Of a stretch of 8,198 bases of DNA, positions 1-5,655 are shown piece after piece. The translations under genes were made by a program, and so were the position numbers. Below the pieces are notes generated by a model. That model had not been told where the DNA came from. It made no database searches and saw nothing but the letters and a program-made list of their open reading frames with translations. Numbering within the stretch: the stretch's first letter is position 1; every line of letters starts with the position of its first letter. This DNA is from PVC group bacterium. Lineage in GTDB: Bacteria > GCA-001730085 > JADFSZ01. Location: the NCBI GenBank assembly GCA_022560555.1, contig JADFSZ010000077.1:1-8198 (forward strand). Reading direction: 5' to 3'.

Positions 1-220
1 AATAGGACGGGGTATCTCCTTTGAGTAGGGTTTTTTCGCGGAATAACTTGGAAATTTGTTCAAGTTTAAGATCTCGAATTTTATTATTATTACGCTCAAC
101 TCGATACAAAATGTCTTCGGGCAAAAATCGGGACTGCGCTTTTAACTCTCCATGGGGACAAGCTACCGCAACGACAATAAACATACTCCCCAATATCCAT
201 TTCGCAAAGCTCCGGTTCAT
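1..220 (-). CDS. Hypothetical exported or lipoprotein-like protein, N-terminal fragment (gene continues beyond the left edge)
   Basis: Absent from the ORF track because it has no stop in the window. The minus-strand frame opens after TAG (238..236). ATG at 220..218 lies 11 nt downstream of GGAGG (236..232). Translation: MNRSFAKWILGSMFIVVAVACPHGELKAQSRFLPEDILYRVERNNNKIRDLKLEQISKLFREKTLLKGDTPSY... This shows a basic N-terminus, a hydrophobic core and VAVAC, which is signal-peptide or lipobox-like. Confidence 0.4.
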   Translation of the reverse strand, partial: MNRSFAKWILGSMFIVVAVACPHGELKAQSRFLPEDILYRVERNNNKIRDLKLEQISKLFREKTLLKGDTPSY

Positions 221-346
221 TTCCCAACAAGCCTCCTATATCGGTCATGTATATATAATACGTATAACCCATTTCCCTTATTCAAAGCAAGGGGCTTTTT
301 TAATAAAAACGCTTTCGTCCTTATTTTATCAATAGGTTCGGAAGTT

Positions 347-646
347 TCAAGAAAGGTCTTTTTTGACAAAATTCTTCGTGATAAACGAATGGATCCAGAG
401 GGAAAATTTCGTGATGAGATAGAAATTGATCGTGAGCGCCAATGCAAGGCCAATCAGAGCCACCAATAAGGACATAATACTGTGAAGGTCGGACATATCT
501 TTCTGAACGCCAAGCCCCAAATCGCTCCCTAAGAGCCCGGCCAGACACGCCAGAATCCCCACCATCAAGCAAAAAAATCCAAAAAACATGAATAAGGATA
601 AAAACAAGGGTTGCTGTGTTTTGAGATCTTGTTCGTCCATTCGCAT
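347..646 (-). CDS. Small hydrophobic membrane protein (99 aa, about 2 TM segments), unknown function
   Basis: ATG start. Two long hydrophobic stretches (PLFLSLFMFFGFFCLMVGILACLAGLLG and IMSLLVALIGLALALTINFYLI) and a basic C-terminal tail. A near-consensus sigma70-type promoter lies about 50-75 nt upstream. The overlapping 110-aa ORF (321..653) in another frame looks far less protein-like. Confidence 0.45.
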   Translation of the reverse strand: MRMDEQDLKTQQPLFLSLFMFFGFFCLMVGILACLAGLLGSDLGLGVQKDMSDLHSIMSLLVALIGLALALTINFYLITKFSLWIHSFITKNFVKKDLS

Positions 647-664
647 GCCCCATTTGTGGAAGGT

Positions 665-681
665 AAAATATGCCCGCGCTA
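665..681. repeat. Copy 1 of exact 17-nt repeat AAAATATGCCCGCGCTA (partner at 7836-7852)
   Basis: Character-by-character identity with 7836-7852 in the same orientation; the flanks are unrelated. Lies between the predicted -10 box and the start codon of the 347..646 gene. Confidence 0.9.
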
Positions 682-692
682 CTTAATGTATT

Positions 693-720
693 ATTTTATC
701 CTAATTTCTAATGATGTCAA
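693..720 (-). promoter_or_regulatory. Sigma70-type promoter for the small membrane-protein gene
   Basis: Minus strand reads TTGACA (720..715), a 16-nt spacer, then TAAAAT (698..693). This is a perfect -35 and a 5/6 -10, giving a leader of about 40 nt to the ATG at 646. Confidence 0.5.
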
Positions 721-740
721 AGATTTAAGTCAACAAAGTG

Positions 741-780
741 TTTCACAAGATTTCACGCAATTTCACCAAGTTTCCCAAGC
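741..780. promoter_or_regulatory. Four tandem 10-bp-phased direct repeats (TTTCAC-N4), candidate activator binding array
   Basis: Units are TTTCACAAGA, TTTCACGCAA, TTTCACCAAG and TTTCCCAAGC, starting exactly at 741, 751, 761 and 771. The array is bracketed by the 9-mer CAAAGTGTT at 734-742 and 780-788. It sits about 55-95 nt upstream of the predicted transcription start of the 693-720 promoter. The repeat is certain; its function is inferred. Confidence 0.4.
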
Positions 781-1016
781 AAAGTGTTCGCATTAATGAA
801 TCAACGAACACCCGTCATATTCTTTTATGCTCCGGGGTCTTAAAAATAACCTGAAGTCATTTTCAAGTTTAAGGGAATCAAAACTAAAGAACAAAAAGCA
901 AACAACTTGCTTCTGCTTAATTCTTATGCTAAAATTCTTCTTAAATTCTTTTCTTGCGGGAGACAACAAAAATAAGCCGATCAAACATTCTGAGCTGATG
1001 CTCCAGTGGAAGTTTT

Positions 1017-1250
1017 GTGATTATGATAAAAAATCTCCCAAGGGTTTTCGTTATTTGGTATGTTAATTTTATTGTTCTGTTCCTCTTAAACCTCTGTCCT
1101 ATTCGGGCTGTTCGTTTTCCGTCAATTAAAGATTATGAATGTCTTCAAACAGAACCACTGACCTTAAAACTCATATTCCAAAACATCGCCTGGATCATCA
1201 ATCGTCAACCTCTTCGCAATAATTCGCTCCCTAAGCAGGCGTCGCTATGA
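1017..1250 (+). CDS. Possible small single-TM protein (77 aa), unknown function
   Basis: GGAAG (1008-1012) lies upstream of GTG 1017 and ATG 1023. One hydrophobic helix (VFVIWYVNFIVLFLLNLCPI). Its TGA stop overlaps the downstream aminotransferase ATG as ATGA (1247-1250), a pattern typical of translational coupling. No family recognised, and it could be a chance ORF in AT-rich DNA. Confidence 0.3.
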   Translation: MIMIKNLPRVFVIWYVNFIVLFLLNLCPIRAVRFPSIKDYECLQTEPLTLKLIFQNIAWIINRQPLRNNSLPKQASL

Positions 1251-2392
1251 ACATTCCCTCATCAAAGGCATCTCTGGTCGGAAAGGAGTTAAAAAACATC
1301 AAAAGTGTTTTGACCTCCGGGAAATTGTCAGCCGGATTCTATACAGCCCGATGCACCCGACTCCTGGAAAAACTACACAACGCCAAAAAGATTTTTCTCA
1401 CAACTTCCGGAACGCATGCCTTGGAAATGGCGTCCCACCTTGTAGGATTGGAACCGGGAGATGAGGTAGTTCTTCCGGCTTTCACGTTTGTGTCGACGGC
1501 CAATGTCTTTGCCACGCGTTTAATCCGACCTGTGTTTGTGGATATTAGGCCGGATACGCTGAATATTGATGAACGCATCATTGAACGAGCTCTCTCAAGC
1601 CGGACCAAGGCGATTGTTCCGGTCCATTACGCCGGTGTCGGAGCTGAAATGGATGCCATCCGCAGGATCGCGCAAAAACACCGGCTCTATGTCATCGAAG
1701 ACGCTGCGCAGGGCTGGAACGCGACCTACAAGAACAAATTTTTAGGAACACTGGGGGATTTAGGATTTTACAGTTTTAATCACGATAAAAATTTCACATG
1801 CGGCCAAGGCGGAGCCCTTGTGATCAACAACAAGAAATTTTTTACGCGCTCTGAAATCGTGATCGATAACGGAACAAACCGGGCACAATTCCTTCGAGGC
1901 GAAGTAGATCATTATGAGTGGATCGATATCGGTAGCCGTTATCAGATCTCAGAGATTCTCGCGGCCTTCCTCTATGGTCAGCTCGAGAAACATCAACAGA
2001 TTACAGAGAAGCGCAAAAAACTGTACGATTACTATTACAAAAACCTCGTGCCACTAGCCAAAAAAGAGTGTTTACGCCTGCCCGTGATTCCGCGATCATG
2101 TAAATCCAATAAACATATTTTCTACGTGCTGATGGAAAACAACAAATCGCGCGAAGCGCTCCGAAAAGACCTCAATCAGCACGGCATCCAGGCAACCTTC
2201 CACTTTGTTTCTCTTCATTCCTCACCCATGGGGCGTAAACTGGGATACCGTCCGGGGGACTTCCCCATCACGGAATCCGTCTGCGATACGCTTCTCCGCC
2301 TTCCGATGTATTATACGCTAACGAACAAACTTCAAGACCACGTTATTGACAGAATTTATCGATACTTCGATGAGAAACGCCCCCGGAATTAA
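1247..2392 (+). CDS. wecE: dTDP-4-amino-4,6-dideoxyhexose (WecE/RffA-like) aminotransferase, DegT/DnrJ/EryC1/StrS family, PLP-dependent
   Basis: The 381-aa ORF resembles E. coli WecE block by block, as I recall that sequence. Shared blocks: GKELKNIKSVLTSGKLS, LPAFTFVSTANVF, VFVDIRPDTLNIDE, VPVHYAGV, IEDAAQG, SFNHDKN (Lys181, codon 1787-1789, is the expected PLP Schiff-base lysine), GTNRAQFLRGEVDHYEWIDIGS and LRLPMYYTL. The N-terminus also aligns, which supports the 1247 start. Sugar stereochemistry is not determinable from sequence. Confidence 0.92.
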   Translation: MNIPSSKASLVGKELKNIKSVLTSGKLSAGFYTARCTRLLEKLHNAKKIFLTTSGTHALEMASHLVGLEPGDEVVLPAFTFVSTANVFATRLIRPVFVDIRPDTLNIDERIIERALSSRTKAIVPVHYAGVGAEMDAIRRIAQKHRLYVIEDAAQGWNATYKNKFLGTLGDLGFYSFNHDKNFTCGQGGALVINNKKFFTRSEIVIDNGTNRAQFLRGEVDHYEWIDIGSRYQISEILAAFLYGQLEKHQQITEKRKKLYDYYYKNLVPLAKKECLRLPVIPRSCKSNKHIFYVLMENNKSREALRKDLNQHGIQATFHFVSLHSSPMGRKLGYRPGDFPITESVCDTLLRLPMYYTLTNKLQDHVIDRIYRYFDEKRPRN

Positions 2393-3051
2393 GGTTTGCG
2401 CTGTATTGTATACCCAAAGCTGAATCGATTTGTCTGGGAGTACACAGCATGCCAGAATGGCTTCTCGGGGCTAATCAGAAACAAGCGAAAATTCCATATC
2501 TGATCCATTGAGGTCACAATTCGACCATTATCCGGATCACGATAGCGGAAAAACGATTTTCCGGCTTCTTGGGCATAATTGACGTATAACCGCCAACCGG
2601 GCTTTCTTAAATTTGTATGCCAGCCCATGTATCCCCCGGGAGGATACCAAAAATGTCCGCTCATCTGTATGAGAAGTTTTTCCGGCTCTTCAAAAATGTG
2701 TCCTAAACGCTCACAAATCAGCTTGTCTGCCCGTTGTCTAAGATCAAGTACGGACGCATCCAAAACGGTACCATCCAGATTTTTTGTATGAAACACCATA
2801 CAGTTAGATAAATTCTGTTCAGTCCGAATGTCACTAATATCTTTTCCGGACCGAAGGATTTCCTCAAGGGCCTCGGGAGATACGGACTTTATGGCATTGT
2901 CATCCGTTCGAAAGTCATCTTTCCACTTAGCCTCACCGGCTTTCTTCTGTGCTTCAACACAAGTTAGAATAACATCTTTCAAAACGGAATCTTTTTCCCA
3001 ACCATTGATTTCATGAAAAATCACCTGAGAATCAAAGCTTATTCGCATCAT
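2389..3051 (-). CDS. Hypothetical protein with C-terminal double-stranded beta-helix, 2OG-Fe(II)-oxygenase-like (non-canonical H-x-N...H...R-x-S)
   Basis: 220-aa ORF. Its ATG overlaps the upstream acetyltransferase stop (ATGA at 3048-3051). The C-terminal half carries YPPGGYMGWHTN (His145, Asn147; 2611-2619), WHAVY (His201; 2449-2451) and NRFSFG (Arg209-x-Ser211). This arrangement matches AlkB or prolyl-hydroxylase type 2OG oxygenases, except that Asn replaces the acidic ligand. The N-terminal 130 aa or so is unrecognised. Confidence 0.8.
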   Translation of the reverse strand: MMRISFDSQVIFHEINGWEKDSVLKDVILTCVEAQKKAGEAKWKDDFRTDDNAIKSVSPEALEEILRSGKDISDIRTEQNLSNCMVFHTKNLDGTVLDASVLDLRQRADKLICERLGHIFEEPEKLLIQMSGHFWYPPGGYMGWHTNLRKPGWRLYVNYAQEAGKSFFRYRDPDNGRIVTSMDQIWNFRLFLISPEKPFWHAVYSQTNRFSFGYTIQRKP

Positions 3052-3755
3052 GGGACAGCCTTCTTATTTGTCAAATTAAAATTCTTTTTAATGCTAGCCG
3101 GGACGCCGACGGCCAAAACATAATCCGCAAGATCCTGAATAACAACGGCACCGGCCCCGATTTTCACGTGTTTACCGATTTTGATCCGGTCAATCACCGT
3201 TGACGTTATTCCCAAAAATGTACTTTCTCCTATTTCGGAGCAGCCGGCGATACTCACGACCGGACCCACATAACAATGAGAACCAATGACAACGTCATGA
3301 GCAATGTATGATTTTGGCCCTACGTAGATATTATCACCTAATCTGACGTTGGCACAAATCGTACAGTTCATTAAAACGATGCATCCTTCCCCAACTGTCA
3401 CGGTCGAATCGATGTAAGAATCCGGATGGATGAATGTTGTTACCGGAATGTCATGTTTTTTCATTTGCAGAAACACATTTTTTCGAAATTCAATGTGCGC
3501 ATACCCTACCGCATTAAGGACGGAATCAAACTGTCCATTTTTGTATAACAAGGGGACATCCTTGAGAGGGCCCAGGAGAGAACGATGGTATTTGATTAAA
3601 CCCGCAGGCTCAAAATCATCAAACATCCCTACAACTTGTCCCTGCCCTGTTTCTTCGATATAGGGTATCATTTGCTTGGCAAAGAACTGACTCCCGATTA
3701 TAGCGATTCGCGGTCGGGATTTGGTTTTAGAATTATTTTTAGATATGCTTTTCAT
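3048..3755 (-). CDS. Sugar N-/O-acetyltransferase, NeuD/PglD/VioB-type left-handed beta-helix (hexapeptide repeat) family
   Basis: N-terminal Rossmann-like segment RIAIIGSQFFAKQMIPYIEETGQGQVVGMFDD, followed by hexapeptide repeats (VTVGEGCIVLMNCTICANVRLGDNIYVGPKSYIAHDVVIGSHCYVGPVVSIAGCSEIGESTFLGITSTVIDRIKIGKHVKIGAGAVV). The track start at 3842 is a TTG that would overlap the upstream gene by 104 nt. The first ATG at 3755 (MKSISKNN...) overlaps it by only 17 nt and fits the family N-terminus, so I prefer 3755. Confidence 0.88.
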   Translation of the reverse strand: MKSISKNNSKTKSRPRIAIIGSQFFAKQMIPYIEETGQGQVVGMFDDFEPAGLIKYHRSLLGPLKDVPLLYKNGQFDSVLNAVGYAHIEFRKNVFLQMKKHDIPVTTFIHPDSYIDSTVTVGEGCIVLMNCTICANVRLGDNIYVGPKSYIAHDVVIGSHCYVGPVVSIAGCSEIGESTFLGITSTVIDRIKIGKHVKIGAGAVVIQDLADYVLAVGVPASIKKNFNLTNKKAVP

Positions 3756-4668
3756 AAATTTGATATTGTGTTTTTTTAAAAATGCATTCAAGAATTTGGC
3801 GAAGATACTCTCCGAAGATATTGAAAGCGAAAGCAACGCCAAGAATCCACAGCGTCATCGAGACGCCTTTGAGAAGTTGTCCCGGCAAGATCTCAGGCAT
3901 AAAAGTCCATGTCACAAATCCCCAAAGAGCGATGAGTCCACCGGTTAACACCAGTCCCAATCCCCATAGCGCTGCCTGAATAGACAGGGGGCTATCAGCA
4001 ATGAGACCCGCAATAAAAAACCGTGTGAGTTTTCGAAACGTATAATAAGATTGTCCTTCATAACGGATTTTGTGCTGAATGATCAAAGAGCCCCACTTCT
4101 CTGTGGTTTTAGCAAGAAGAATGTTAATATTGGGATTAGGCCTCTCGAATCGCAGAATCTTATCAACGATGCTTTTTCGGATGACGCGAAAACTGCTCAC
4201 CTTCTGCCGGGAATGAACACGAAATATCATACGAAAAAGTTTGTTATACACAAAACTCCCAATTTTACGAAAATGAGAGTAAAGTTTTTTTTGCGGAATT
4301 CCGTAAACGACATCCGCGCCGGACTCATTAAGTTCCCTGATAAGACGGGGAATATCTCCCGGGGAGTATTGCAAATCGTCATCTAGCGTGATAATATTTT
4401 GGCCTGAGGCATGCCGAAATCCGCACATGAGGGCATTGTGCTGTCCATAATTTTGATCAAGTCGTATGATTTTGACGTTTGCGTCTGAAGCATGTAGTTG
4501 CAAGAGCACATCCCAGCTGGCCCCGTCACCGCTGTCATCAACAAAAATGAGTTCATAGTCCGCATTGATCTCTCGAAAGACCTGACGAACTTGCTTGGCC
4601 AATTCATGCAAAACCGACCGCGTTCGATAAACGGGAACGACAATGGAGCTTAAGGTCTGGGACATCAC
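3739..4668 (-). CDS. Polyprenyl-phosphate glycosyltransferase, GT2 family, ArnC/GtrB/DPM1-like
   Basis: Motifs VVPVY, FVDDSGDG, NYGQHNALMCGFRHASG and IITLDDDLQYSP (DXD) closely parallel ArnC as I recall it. Two C-terminal TM helices (ALWGLGLVLTGGLIALWGFVTW and MTLWILGVAFAFNIFGEYL) are typical of lipid-phosphate-sugar synthases. The start is either GTG 4668 or the adjacent ATG 4665. Confidence 0.92.
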   Translation of the reverse strand: MMSQTLSSIVVPVYRTRSVLHELAKQVRQVFREINADYELIFVDDSGDGASWDVLLQLHASDANVKIIRLDQNYGQHNALMCGFRHASGQNIITLDDDLQYSPGDIPRLIRELNESGADVVYGIPQKKLYSHFRKIGSFVYNKLFRMIFRVHSRQKVSSFRVIRKSIVDKILRFERPNPNINILLAKTTEKWGSLIIQHKIRYEGQSYYTFRKLTRFFIAGLIADSPLSIQAALWGLGLVLTGGLIALWGFVTWTFMPEILPGQLLKGVSMTLWILGVAFAFNIFGEYLRQILECIFKKTQYQIYEKHI

Positions 4669-4691
4669 CTGGATTCCCGCATTGTCCTTGC

Positions 4692-4705
4692 CTCTTGAGC
4701 AAGAG
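4692..4705. promoter_or_regulatory. Inverted repeat CTCTTG-AG-CAAGAG just upstream of the glycosyltransferase operon start
   Basis: Perfect 6-bp arms separated by 2 bp, about 25-37 nt upstream of the 4668/4665 start codon. The 2-nt spacer fits a dimeric DNA operator. A 5-bp stem with a 4-nt loop in the mRNA leader is also possible. Function is unknown. Confidence 0.25.
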
Positions 4706-4991
4706 ACGCGCTATTCATAGCATGGCAACTTTACTACAGTTTACTGACACTTACCCCACAAGTCAAGCTTGCCTATGGCTGTATTTCAAAGCCCTCTCTC
4801 CCTCAGTGGCCGTAACGAAAAAATACAAGATCTACAATGACAGAACCGAAAAAGGAAGCGGCCCTTATGGATCGACGTAGCTATCAGTGTTTGTTTGACA
4901 GAGCACTAGTCTCTAGAGTTTTTTGTGTGTACCTGGCGATTTAAAAGTTCTAGTATTAAAATAAAGTTTTTTTACAGTTACGGAGGTATCG

Positions 4992-5627
4992 TTGAAAAGG
5001 AAATTTTTAACTACTTGTTTTCATATTTTTATCTGCTTACTGTTCACCTTATCGATACTTGCCATTGTTTACTCAATCGGCCGGGCTACAGGAAAACCCT
5101 TGTCCGGTTTGACCATGGATCCCGCCGAAACATTTCACGCCGTCCCTTATGTCGGAATTCTTTCTTATCTTGGAATAATGTTATGGGCTGCAACATTCGG
5201 CGTTTGCCTGATAGGGGGCTTGATATTACGTCAGCAGCATTGCCATCCCGGAAGATTTTTGTTGGCTACAGCAATGTTTAGTCTCCTGCTAACCCTTGAT
5301 GACGCGTTGTTATTTCACGAACAAATTTTTCCTCATTATCTGCATATTCCTCAGCCGGTGGTCATGGTGAGCTATGTTGTAATTATGACAGCATACCTCC
5401 TTGCCTTTTTCCGATTAATCCTGACGACAGAATACATTTTATTTGTTTTGGCCCTCATATCTTTAGGCATATCGGCAGGGATGGATCAGCTTCTTGGGCC
5501 CAGTGATCTGGAAAACGTTATTGAGGACTGTTTTAAATTTACTGGAATTGTTTTCTGGTTTAGCTACTTTTTAAGTACAGCTAATGAAATGATCCAAAAA
5601 AACCCATCCCTCAATCACATGACATAA
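4992..5627 (+). CDS. Polytopic membrane protein (211 aa, about 6-7 TM), unknown family
   Basis: TTG start at 4992 lies 5 nt downstream of a strong GGAGG (4982-4986). Hydrophobic helices run throughout, e.g. CFHIFICLLFTLSILAIVYSI, VGILSYLGIMLWAATFGVCLIGGLIL, VVMVSYVVIMTAYLLAFF and YILFVLALISLGISAG. A conserved-looking polar patch LTLDDALLFHEQIF is present. No known family motif recognised (not PAP2, GtrA, SMR or UbiA). Confidence 0.75.
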   Translation: MKRKFLTTCFHIFICLLFTLSILAIVYSIGRATGKPLSGLTMDPAETFHAVPYVGILSYLGIMLWAATFGVCLIGGLILRQQHCHPGRFLLATAMFSLLLTLDDALLFHEQIFPHYLHIPQPVVMVSYVVIMTAYLLAFFRLILTTEYILFVLALISLGISAGMDQLLGPSDLENVIEDCFKFTGIVFWFSYFLSTANEMIQKNPSLNHMT

Positions 5628-5655
5628 GCTCAATTGCAACAAAACCCGCTCAGAA

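Noticed and set aside
284-306. Hairpin AAAGC-AAGGG-GCTTT followed by a T-run as a terminator
   Set aside because: The T-run follows the hairpin only on the plus strand, where there is no upstream gene. On the minus strand, where the 99-aa gene ends at 347, no U-tract follows the stem. The stem is only 5 bp.
918-950. Three copies of (A/T)AATTCTT at 918, 932 and 943
   Set aside because: The spacing is irregular (14 and 11 bp) and the motif is low-complexity in AT-rich DNA, so it is not distinguishable from background.
611-1066. ORFs 611..796 +, 793..984 - and 827..1066 + in the AT-rich intergenic region
   Set aside because: They have no SD and give low-complexity translations. 611..796 merely translates the phased repeat array and the promoter of the opposite-strand gene.
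3756-3842. TTG start at 3842 giving a 264-aa acetyltransferase
   Set aside because: It would overlap the upstream GT2 gene by 104 nt and add a 29-residue extension unlike NeuD/PglD N-termini. The ATG at 3755 is preferred.
4695-4880. 61-aa TTG-initiated ORF in the divergent intergenic region
   Set aside because: It has no SD, starts inside the inverted repeat, and its sequence is not protein-like enough to support a call.
4905-4918. Adjacent ACTAGT and TCTAGAG palindromes (SpeI/XbaI-like, reminiscent of a cloning scar)
   Set aside because: There are no flanking vector or prefix/suffix sequences, and everything around them reads as native intergenic DNA. This is most likely coincidence, though CTAG-containing palindromes are worth a glance in a genome-wide count.
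4895-4923. Perfect TTGACA (4895-4900) as the -35 of the 211-aa gene promoter
   Set aside because: The sequence 16-18 nt downstream (GTTTTT or AGTTTT) is not a credible -10. Other -10-like strings (TAGTAT, TAAAAT at 4951-4962) lack a good -35. No promoter is called.
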